A model generated the notes under the pieces. That model was not told the DNA's origin and ran no database searches. It saw only the letters and a program-made list of their open reading frames with translations. Shown piece by piece: positions 53,536 through 64,000 of a stretch of DNA of 64,000 bases. The DNA is from Camelus dromedarius (lineage: Eukaryota): NCBI RefSeq assembly GCF_036321535.1, contig NC_087437.1, positions 44,146,001 to 44,210,000 on the forward strand, given 5' to 3'. Each line of letters begins with the position of its first letter. Within the stretch, counting starts at the first letter, position 1. The translations under genes and the position numbers were made by a program.

Positions 53536-54629
53536 TATAGAGGTAGGAATCTGGTTTAAAAAATAAAACATACAGAATGCACACCCAAATATTTTATCAT
53601 TAAGTTCAACAGAAATAAAATTATTCAATCAAATTGTTATAAACATTTTAGCAGTCTCAACGTCTGTATCTATTTCACTAGGGATGAGTAACAAGTCCTT
53701 CCCCGACAATTAACATCCCACAAAGCTCTCTTTGAATAACACTGTTTTAGGAAATAAATACAAAAGACAGCTGACTAGGGTCCCTTTTCCTCATGGATAT
53801 GACAACCTGTATAAAAATTCAATGAAACAGTTATTTAACTCTACGACAGGCGACAGTGTGCTTCCAAAGTCAGCGATTTAGGGCTTATCAGCAGATACTG
53901 GAATAAAAAAACTGCAAGGTCTTTGGAGGCCATCAGGCTGGAAGTCATACTCAATTTCTTTCATCTTCCTCCTCTTAGATCATGGGCAAGTTATGAAACT
54001 GCTTAGAGTCAGTCTGTCATAGGAGGAAATGATAAAAATAATATTCCCTTCGTGAGGCTGTTTGTATCTCTCATTGGCAACATGCATGTAGTAGGTATTC
54101 AATAAATATTCCTTAGCTGAATAAAAAGCCTGAAAAATTGCAGTCCCAGAGTTGCTAAGCAACTTGCCAGAATATAGTAGTTACTAACTATTGCTGATCT
54201 CCTGCTGGTTTACGATTCCTGTCTGAAGGCTGGATAGAAAAGATTTCTCTATATGTGAGTCATTTAATTAAAAAAAGCTAAACTAGTGTTATAGGCCAAT
54301 ATATGCAAAATTCAGAGGTGATTTCTCTTTATATGAGTATTTTAATTATCTGCACGCCACAGACAAATATTTATGTTATAGATATGTCCTACTTTTTAAT
54401 AGAAAAGTATTTCTAAAAAGTACATATTTCTTTAGCTATTAATTACTATGTTAAGTTCACTGAGTATGTATTAAATATAATTTTTATGGTAATATAGTGT
54501 ATGAAGTAAAAAACACATCTTCTGTTTTGGGGATTCTGTATTTCCATAAAACAGGAATCTGCAAAGACCACACGACACTTACCAACACTAGGTATAGATG
54601 TCTCCATTTCTTTATTTGTGAACTAGCAT

Positions 54630-54835
54630 TAATGAAAATCCTACATATACTAGGCCTGGGGCCAAGCACTTTTTTCAACAGAATCTCATTGAATCCTTAT
54701 AACTAACCTACAAGGTTAGTGAGGGTATTACCGCCTGACAGAAAAAGAGGCTTACAAAAGCCATCTTGCATGAAGGATGGTAAATGCAGAAGCAGAGATT
54801 TTCATTCAGATCTCTTTGATGCCACACTTTCTGTT
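54630..54835 (-). mobile_element. MIR SINE
   Basis: ctaggcctggggccaagcac...tctcattgaatccttataac. Confidence 0.65.
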
Positions 54836-55454
54836 CTTTCTGTCTAGCATTGCCTGTTTAGTATCTGAGGTTCTCCCATAGTTAACATTCTAAACCTGAA
54901 TCTTGAAAATTTCACAGCAGAATGAGTTACAACACCTTTGTAAAGCAAAAGTCAGATCCTCCCAAATTCCCTGGATTCGCTGAGGTTTTCCAAAGATATT
55001 CCTTAATAGAATTCTCAAACCTTGGGAGCACCTGTACCCCCAGACAGGTGAAGACTGCGTCAATGGGAATTGAAGATGACTTGGTTCTATAATGGACCGG
55101 GGGACCTATCCTTAAAATTTCTGCAATTTATGGCCAGTGAGGATTTTCATTTTTATTAATTAGAAGAATGAAGTTAGAGAATTTTCTTGAGGACTTTGTC
55201 CTTTCTAAATATTTTTCAGAATGAAATTGAAAAAATAAGTAGCAATCTCATAAAGACTCTCTGGGTCGGTTCTGCCTGCATTTCTTGGATTCTTTTCCAG
55301 GTTTCTAAAGCCTTACAAGAATCTGAGCCCTTCGGTATTTCCTTTTTGCCTTTAATGTTTATCAGGGGAATGCCCTTTTATAAAAACTAGTTAATTACTG
55401 TGTGTTTGGCAGAAACAAAATCTGACAGGAATTTCATAATAGAACCTATGATGA

Positions 55455-55695
55455 TAAGCAAGGCAGATTTTGGAGTCACTGCGTAGATTGGAATCCTGTT
55501 TTCCTGACTCTTAGCTGTGTGATTTGGGCAAACTGTAACTTCTGTGTGCCTCCATTTTTCAATCTATTAAAAAGTGATAATAATGATGCCTGTCTTACAG
55601 GATTGTTTTAAGGATCAATTGAGGTAGTATTTCTACAATACTTAGGACAGTACTTGGTATAGTATATAGTACCTTGGATGTGTTAACTTTTATTA
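55455..55695 (+). mobile_element. MIR SINE
   Basis: ttttggagtcac...agctgtgtgatttgggcaa...tctgtgtgcctcc...aggattgttttaaggatc. Confidence 0.8.
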
Positions 55696-56839
55696 ATCAG
55701 TTTCATTTGTATGGATTTGAATCTTTCTGTGATTCTGTTTTTTTTTCCCCCAGATTTGTTGAACAAAAGAATAAAGAATGAGGGAAGTAGGAAGTGTATC
55801 GGGAAAGGAGGGAGGGAGGAAGAAAGGAAAGAGGAGGAAGATGGAAAGGAGATAGATGTGAAATAAGAAGGTCACTTAGGAGCGCACTGAAGTCTCTTCT
55901 GGTTCTAACGTGTTTCGACATACAATGACAACTCGATACACTCTTGCAAGTTTATATTCATTCATATTGAATGTGTAGCTATTTCTTAGGCAAGTTGATT
56001 TGCTACTGAAGTTTACAGATTTAATAAAAATAAACATTCAAAAGTTTTGAAGGTAGAGCTGTCCCATACCTGGTCCTTCAGCTCAGCTCACAACCATATA
56101 AAATCCCTGATCTATTACTATGCTTAAATAGGATAATTGCCTTGTGCACAGAGAGGGCATCATAGCTTACCTGCACTATGCTTATCTCTAGAAGGGACAA
56201 ATATATAATTTCTCTACCACGTGATGCCAACTTTTCTATGTTATACCTATTTTAGCCAGGTTGTAGGTTAAAAGCAACTCTGAACACTTTTCTTCTTTCA
56301 AGTTGCAACATGGGCGCTTTCTTTGCACATGATTGCATGTTGTGTTAGCTCAGCCCTTGCAAGGGAAAAATTTATAAAACTTCCCAGAAAAGCAGTGTTG
56401 AAGATTGCTATTTTATGGTTTCACTTTGATCAAATTTATAGGCATAATCTGAATACAACCTTTTTCTAAGATGAACAATTCTTTTCTTAAATGCTGACCA
56501 TAGTGAGAAATGGTGGTGGTGTAATTTGAATTTTTAAAAATTCCTTAGGAGATACTCTTCTTCTCAAGGACAGATATAAGCAGAATGTGGAATAGAATGG
56601 AATGAAAATGGAATTTAGGAAATGGGATTTAGGAATGATGCTAATGGTTCTTCTTTACAATTTTCCTCTTCTTAGGAAAAGTCTTCATGAGAACTTTTAA
56701 ATCTTATGCTTCCTCTGGTCTTCTAGTTTCCAGATTTTTGGTATTATCACTGCAGATGAACAGTAATATCTGTATATAATAAACATATATATACTACTAT
56801 ATATGTATATGTATTCTGTCAGTTGTCTCTAAGTCCTTA

Positions 56840-59042
56840 CAGGTACACCTCACAGATACTGTGGGTTCAGTTCCAGACCACCACATAGAGCGAATATTGC
56901 CATAAAGCAAGCAACATGAATGTTTGATTTCCCAGTGCATGTAAAAGTTTGCACTATAGTGAAGTCTATTAATTGTGCAATAGCATTATGTCTGAAAAAT
57001 GTATATACTGTAATTAAAAAGTGCTAACCATCATGTAAGCCTTCAGCAGGCTGTAATTTTTATTCTGGTGGAAGGTCTTGCCTTGATGTTTGTGGCTGCT
57101 GACTGGTCAGGGTGGTAGCAGCTGAAAGCTCGGGTGGTTCTGGCAAGTTTTTAAAATAAGATAACAGTGCAATTTGCCACATTGATTGACTCTTCCAGTC
57201 ACAAATGATTTCTCTATAGCATGCAGTGCTGTTAATAGCATTTTATACACAGTAGAACTTCTTTCAAAATTGGAATCAATTCTCTCAAACCCTTCCCTGC
57301 TTTATCAATTAAGCTTATGTAATATTCCAAATTCTTTGCTATTTCAACAGTCTTTACAGTATCTTCACCAGAAGTAGATTCCATCCTAAGAAACGCTTTT
57401 TTTTGCTTGTCCATAAAAAACAACTCCTCAGTTGTTAATGTTTTATCCCCAGATCTCAGCAATTCAGTTACACCTTCGAGCTCCACTTCTCATTCTAGTT
57501 CTTTTGCTGTTTTCATCACATCTGTTGTTACTTCCTCCACTGAGGACTTGAACCCTCATCTGTGAGGGTTAGAATCAGCTTCTTTCAAACTCCTGTTAGT
57601 GTGGGATCTTTTGACCTTTAGCCATGAATCATGAATGTTTTTAATGACGTCTAGAACGGTGAATCCTTTCCAAAAGACTTTTGATTTACTTTGTGCGTCT
57701 CCATCACAGCTCTTGGATGACCAGGTGTATTGTCAATGAGCAGTCATATTTTGAAAGAAATCTTTTTTTTCTGAGCAGAAGATCTCAAAAGTGGGCTTAA
57801 AATATGCAGTAAACCATGTTGTAAACATGACAGATGTCCTGTCATCCATGCTTTGTTTTTCCATTTTTAGAGCACAGGCAGAGTAGATTTAGCATAATTC
57901 TTAATGGCCCTAGGATTTTCAGAATGGTAAATGAGCACTGGCTTCAACTTACAGTCACCAGCTGCATTAGTCTCTAACAAGAGAGTCAGCCTGTCCTTTG
58001 AAGTTTTAAAGCCAGCTATTGACTTCTCCTTTCTAGCTACAAAAGCCCTAGATGGCATCTTTTTCTAATACAAGATTATTTTATCTACTTTAAAAATGCA
58101 TTATTTAGTGGCGTCACCTTCATGCATTATCTCAGCTAGATCTTCTGGATGACTTGCTGCAGCTTCTACATCAGCACTTGCTGCTTCACTTTGCACTTCT
58201 ATGTTAATAGAGACAGCTTCATTCTTTAAACCTCATGAACCAACTTCTGCCAGCTGCAAACTTTTCTTCTGCAGCCTCCTTGGCTCTCTTAGCCTTCGTA
58301 GAACTGAAGAGAGTTAGGGTCTTGTCCTGGATTAGGCTTTAGCTTAAGGAAACGTTGTAGCTGGACTGATCTTTCATCCAGACCACTACAGCTTTCTCCA
58401 CATTAGCAGTAAAACTGTTTTGCTTCCTTATCTTTTGTATGTTTATGGAGTAGCACTTTTAATTTCCGTCAAAAACATTTCCTTTGCATTCACAGCTTGT
58501 TAGTTTGATGCAAGAAACCTAGCTTCCTTTTTCTGAGCTGAATCATTTCTAGTGTTTGGTTTAAGGTGAGATATGGGACTCTTTATTTCACTTGAACATT
58601 TAGAGGCCATTGGAGGGTTATTTATTGGCCTAATTTTCAATACCGTTGTATCTGAGGCAGTAGGGAGGCCTGAGGAGAGGAAGAGAGAGGAAGAGAGATG
58701 AAGGAACGGCAGGCCAGTAGAGCAGTCAGAACACATACAACACTTAATCGATGAAGTTTGGTGTCTTATACGGGAGCAGTTCATGGCACTCCAAAACAAT
58801 TATAGTAGTAATATCAAAGATCACTGATCACAGACCACCATAACAAATGTAATAATAATTAAAAAGTTTAAAATACTGTGAGAGTTAGGTAACTGTGAGA
58901 GTTACCTAAATGTGACACAGAGACACGAGTGAGTAAGTGCTGTTGGGGAAGTGGCACCGATAGATTTGCTCATGGCAAGGTTGCCACAAATGTTCACTTT
59001 GCAAACAACGCAGTATCTGCAAAGCACAATGAAAGGAGGTTT
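56840..59042 (-). mobile_element. Tigger1 (TcMar/pogo) DNA transposon, near full length, transposase pseudogenised
   Basis: TA followed by TIR caggtacacctc at 56840. The broken transposase ORFs include [28 protein letters not shown]...[27 protein letters not shown] (57867-58058). The right end matches the Tigger1 5' end but its TIR is clipped. Confidence 0.95.
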
Positions 59043-59452
59043 ATAAAGATTTATGCTGCGCTTTATTTTCTAAAAATGAATAGAATATATTTTATTTTGG
59101 TAAACTGCCACCTTAGTGACTGATATTGAATTTTCTTATATATCTATGTAGCTATAGATATTGCTATGAGATGCTACTTTTTACATTTTATATATTTATA
59201 TTTAATTCGACATCTGACACCTTTGACGTATGGCACCTGACATATTGTTAGTTTTTGCCAACTAAACCTGCAGCTAAATTTAATTCTTTAAAAAACAAAA
59301 TACTGATTATTTTAGGGTTTCCTAAAATGTCTTTGAAATATGCATGCACACATCCATGTTCGTGGATTGCCATGTAGAACTCTAATTTTTTAATGACTTA
59401 AATGTGTCAAAGTCATTGAGAATAACACTGGATAACAATTGTCTCCTTTGCT

Positions 59453-60020
59453 GTTCCAGTTATTGTTACTGCTTAACAAATCATCCCCAAACTGAGTGTC
59501 TTACAACAACAAAAATAAGTTTATTATCTCTCATGATTTCTGTGGGTGGGATATTTGTACAGGAAATAGTGGAAATGGCTTTTCTTCCTTTGGGGATGTC
59601 AGAGGCTTCAGCTGGGAAGATTTGAGGGTTGTGGTGACTCAACAGCTGGAGGCTGGAATCACCTAGGGGTGTCTCCACCGGTATGTTTGACTGTTTGGCA
59701 GTTGATGCTGGGAGTCCTGACCTGGGCTGTCAGTTGGGATACTTACCCTTGGCCTCTCCCTGTGAGCTTCTTCACAGCATGGCAGCAAGATTCCAGAAGC
59801 ACACATCCTGAGAAAGTCAGTTGGAAGTTTTATTGCCTTTTATGACCTAGCCTCAGAAGTCACATAATGTCCCTTCTGCCATTATCACAGCCTACCTTTT
59901 TTCAAGGGGTGGGGAGGATTGTCACTGACACTGTGTCTCAGTCGGAGGAGTGTCAAAATTACATTGTAGGAAGAACATGGCTGATGGAAGATACTATTGT
60001 AGCCATCGATGGAAAATACA
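59453..60020 (-). mobile_element. MaLR solo LTR (MLT1F/G-like)
   Basis: tgttccagttattgttactgcttaacaaatcatccccaaact...ccttttatgacctagcctcagaagtcaca...ggaaaataca. Confidence 0.85.
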
Positions 60021-60411
60021 TTTTATATTGATACAAGAATCTAACAGGGTCCATAACCAGCTATTATTGGCTCTTCTTACTGTATTTTGTACTACCACAA
60101 CCAACATCTCAGATGAACCATGGCACCAACATACAATGCCACTGCATTGTTCTTTTTACAATGGATGTTAGTATGACCTCACAATTCATTGTAGACAGTG
60201 ATCAGTGTTCTGTCCTTTAGGATTTGGCCAAAGAAAGCAAATAAAACCACCCTTAGCTACAGTAGCTAAACATCCAACAGAAAAGTACATCTCCATTGCT
60301 ATCCAGAAGTGTGGAGCAACAGTAATACGAATTTACACCAAATAATAGCATATCAATGTGGCTACCCCACTCACAGGTTTCCTGAGCTCCTCCTTGTGCA
60401 CTGGTCTTGAG

Positions 60412-60841
60412 CAGCAATTCTCAAATTCTTTTCCATTGACCACTTAATTCAGAATCATTGAAGGCAGGGGTCGGCAATCTATAGCCAATAGGCTAATTCT
60501 GGCCTGGAGCCTATATGGTCCAATTTGTTAAGAATGGTTTTTACATTTTTTTAAAGATATGTGAAAAGCAAAGCAAAACAAACAGTAACAAAAATGATAC
60601 AAAACAAAGAAAAATGTGACAGAGACCCTCCAAACTTAAAACATCTGTTATCTAGTCCTTTAAAGAGAAAGTTTGCTGACTCTCTGATCTAGCATACTTG
60701 ATTAAAATGCAGATTCCTCAGTTTCACTACATACTTCCTGAATCTGAATTATGGAGGAAAGGAGTATACTTTGGAAATCTGCATCTCTGAGAAGTTCCCC
60801 CCATTTTTTTTTTTAATGTCTGCTACGTTTTGAGAACCATT
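60412..60841. mobile_element. MER5A-like MITE with nested MER58-like MITE (60466-60687)
   Basis: Outer ends cagcaattctcaaa ... tttgagaaccatt; inner caggggtcggcaa ... aaagtttgctgactctctg. Confidence 0.75.
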
Positions 60842-62389
60842 AATTTTGATTGTCCACAAATACTTGGAAACATGCTTGGTTTGGCTAACTGGACCGATTA
60901 ACTGATTTTTATTATTATATACTGCTGTATAAAACATAGACATGATCCTACTCATCACAGTGGATTTTGCTGAATCATAGCCAAGAAACACTGAGTTGAA
61001 ATTAAATTAACACTCTTCCTGAGAACAAAGATCCTTTTTAAATTTGGCCTTTGACATTTTTGCCATTTCCTAGAGGTATCAGTTGTGTTCTTGAAGACTA
61101 TAAATCCCTTTTTAAGTTAATAGTAAATTCTAAAAAATCGTCCCCTAAATATTAAGGTTGTACACAACTTTGTTTTTGTCAACAATTTGAAACAATTTTA
61201 ATGTATACTCGTATAGAGGATTAAACTCTACTATGTTTGGCATACTTAGCAGTCATTAAGTGGTATTGCAGAAGGCTGATTAGTAAAATGAAAAGATGGG
61301 TGCAATGAAGGTAAAATTTAAGTTGGTTATAAAATAATGTGTAACATAATTCCATTTGTATCAAATAGCTATACACATTTATTTCTCTATAGCTCTTTAT
61401 CCACTATGTCTCTTTCCATCTGCTTATTTATCTATATTTCTCTCTATCTATTTAGATAAAAGATAGCAGGATAGAGAAAAGCATATGAAGGATATAGTAG
61501 TGAACTTTCCAATTTGTATTTTTTTCATTTTTTTACTGAAATAAAGAAAAAGAATATTATATAAAAGAGAAAATCATGTTTAAAATCTCACATTTTATAA
61601 TTTCATGAACTGAAGACCTATAAACCTCTATTTTAGGTAGAAAATTTTCAAAACAGGTGAAAAATATCTTCACGGGTCACCTTCAATCAAGGTGTGAATG
61701 TGATTTTCAGGAGTCAAGACTGAAATGACTCGATTAAAGTAGTAATGATTGTCTTTTCCAATATGAACAGTAAGCTAGGGTTAACTTACTAAATGATATG
61801 GTAAGAATCAGCTTTCAAGTTCAGATTATGAATCAGTATGCTAACAGGTATGACCCAGCTGAGATGACAAAAAGGAAAAAAATAAAGCTGATTGGATTCA
61901 TTACCTCTAAGAGTGTGGAAGGAGATTATGCTTGAAAGGATACTTCATGCTGATACTAATAAAGTGTCTGTGTTCTTTTTCCCTTCTTCTTCCAAATCTA
62001 TTTTTTTTTCATTGATAGTGGATGGTGAGGCTACATATCTTTAGATAAAGTTAGTACAAAGAATTAAAGTAATAAAACAAAATTGCACTTAAGTAGCTTT
62101 TCTTTTTCTTTTTACTTATTGGTATGCAGGTATCTTTAAATGGTGTGATCAAAATAAACTTGCGTTACAGTGTTCTTGCCTTAAAGTATCTAGCAAAAAT
62201 GCTGCAAAGTATTTTTAGAATATTTGCTAGTTTCTATTACCACATTTTCATTCTTACAGCCCTACTTTTTTCTTCCTTAAAACCACTAGTGACATCCAAT
62301 TTCAAGCAAGATTTAAAGCCTTGTGTTTTACTATTTACTGCTTCAAACTTTTTGTTCCAAGCATATGAACTATTTTTAGTTTTTTGAAT

Positions 62390-62762
62390 TTAAGATAATT
62401 TTTCATAATCCTATGCCTCTCATCAGGGTTCTTCTCTTATCTTGGATGTCCCTCCCCCACTAATTCGTTTAGCAAACTCATATTCATCTCTAGGGCCAAA
62501 GGTCAAACATTTTCTCTGTAAAGTTTTCTTGTTTAGATTCTCCAAATATTACCTTTTTGGTATCACTAATCCTCCAGATCCTACTTTGTGGTACCACTAT
62601 TACAAAGTGTTCCTCTCTCCGGCATAGTACCTATCACATTACACTGCACTCATTTTTTCTATGACATTTGAAGGATGTTCTTGTCTTCTTTATATTTGAC
62701 TCTCCAGCATTCCGCACCTAGTATGCACCCAATAAATGTTTGTCTCACCAATGAATCAATAT
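62390..62762 (+). mobile_element. L2 3' end
   Basis: gcaaactcatattcatc...tctccagcattccgcacctagtatgcacccaataaatgtttg. Confidence 0.7.
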
Positions 62763-63399
62763 TCCCCTTCATAGCTCTCTTTACATTGAACATTCTGACC
62801 TTATTACACAATTCTCAGACTACAATTCTAGCCAATTATTTTATCTCCACATTTTACACAGACATAGCGAATGACAGCAATTTCTCTATCATCTCAGAGA
62901 TAATTGACTAATAAAGCCAGGGGTGTTTGGACCTAAATACGGAGTTTGGTAGGCCCATCCACTGTGACTTTTTAAACCAGAAGTGATGAGCTCTGCCCTC
63001 AATCTAGTGAGAGAGGTGACCATGCACAGGTGGTAGAGGGAATATTTGATTGAAACACAGTAATGGGAGGACTTCAGAAGGTTGCTGAGGTGGTTGCATT
63101 TATAACTCGCTAAATGGGAACCTATGGTATTGCTTACAAAAATGATAACCATATAGTCTCTGCTAAATATTTCTATCTAGATCTGGGAATAAGGAAGCCT
63201 GCCTGACATCAAGTTTAGCCAGTGAGTTGGGGAGCCATATGTCACTGGTTTCCTTGTTGTAGGTCAATTGATGATTTTTAATTATTTTAGTGCCTTCCCC
63301 TTTCACTCTCAAAAGTGTCTTAGTGAGGATGCTAAATAATACATCACATTAGAGATGAGCCATCTCCTTAAGGGAGATTAATAATAGATCATAATAGTA

Positions 63400-63630
63400 G
63401 GAAGTAATATTCATTAAGGGCTGCTAAATACATTTTCACGTTTAAGCCTTACAACAACCCTGTGGAGAGTTACTGTTATTATAATGATCCCGTTTCTACA
63501 GAAGAGGAAACTGAGGCACAGAAACGTTCAGAAATATGTCCAAGTCAAATGGCTAATAAGTGGAAGGGGCAAGATTCAAATGAGATCTGGTTTCAGAACT
63601 TATAACCTCAGCTTTTATACCACTGCCTCC
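63400..63630 (-). mobile_element. MIR SINE
   Basis: cttacaacaaccctgtg...cgtttctacagaagaggaaactgaggcacaga. Confidence 0.9.
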
Positions 63631-63774
63631 TGATTAAAACCATTTTATTCAGGTAGCAAAGTATATGGAGAAACAGGTCCGTAGGACCCAGATCATTCTT
63701 TTTTTCTCCCAGCCTCCTTGCTTCATCCCTCCCACCCTTTTTTTCCTTCCTTCCTCCCTTCCTTCTTTTCTTTC

Positions 63775-63912
63775 TTGCTTCTTTCCTTCCATAAATATAT
63801 TGAATATCTATTACATGTCAGCCACTGTCCCAGGCACTCTCCTAGGCACTAGGAACACATCAGCAAAAAAAACCCAAAATCTTCACTCTATGGAGTTTGC
63901 ATTTCAGGGTTT
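63775..63912 (-). mobile_element. L2 3' end preceded by a (CTTC)n-like tract
   Basis: ataaatatattgaatatcta...ctaggcactaggaacaca...ctctatggagtttgcatt. Confidence 0.7.
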
Positions 63913-64000
63913 GGACATATGTATTGTGTCTTCGTGGTGCCATCTTACAGATATTTTGATGAAGGTCAGTGTTACTGCCTATGTAAAACAACAAAAACAA

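Noticed and set aside
53107..53559. Longest ORF in the track (150 aa)
   Set aside because: Starts at TTG and runs across a MER58-like fragment and an old L1 3' end; a chance chimeric ORF.
45190..55340. Several short plus-strand AG...GT pairs (e.g. ~45198, 48751, 51574, 55220)
   Set aside because: Weak donors and no recognisable peptide; consistent with background pseudo-exons.
57186..59123. ORFs within 56.8-59.1 kb as a functional transposase or TIGD gene
   Set aside because: Fragmented Tigger1 relic with frameshifts and stops.
60369..60450. Minus-strand donor (CCT|gtgagt) with protein-like frame NGKEFENCCSRPVHKEELRKP
   Set aside because: Overlaps the MER5A-like terminus and has no convincing acceptor.
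1..64000. CRISPR arrays, operons, rRNA or tRNA genes
   Set aside because: Eukaryotic repeat-rich DNA; no regularly spaced repeats or structural RNA genes recognised.

Overview
AT-rich mammalian (eutherian) genomic DNA that reads as a long intron or intergenic region. I recognise no protein-coding gene; the ORF track is explained by chance ORFs and decayed transposons. Much of the window is interspersed repeat: lineage-specific and ancient L1, L2, CR1/L3, MIR, MaLR MLT1 solo LTRs, one ERV1-type solo LTR, a near-full-length Tigger1, and MER2/MER5/MER58/MER104-type DNA elements. The younger L1 3' ends look laurasiatherian/cetartiodactyl, and I see no Alu, B1, Bov-A/BovB, PRE-1, CHR or Can-SINE copies, which tentatively suggests a camelid-like host (inference). 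The main non-repeat landmark is a repeat-poor block at about 34.2-37.8 kb with a small CpG island, GC boxes, paired CACGTG E-boxes and splice donors on both strands, probably an internal or bidirectional promoter. The best leads are a phase-compatible minus-strand exon chain from that promoter (possible ~75-aa PPxY-containing peptide or lncRNA), a candidate recursive-splicing site at 15.3 kb, and several retrotransposition signatures (twin-primed L1s, a 3'-truncated L1 with TSD, nested MaLR LTRs). Repeat family names are from memory of consensus sequences, and most boundaries are approximate. No new biological system is demonstrable from sequence alone.
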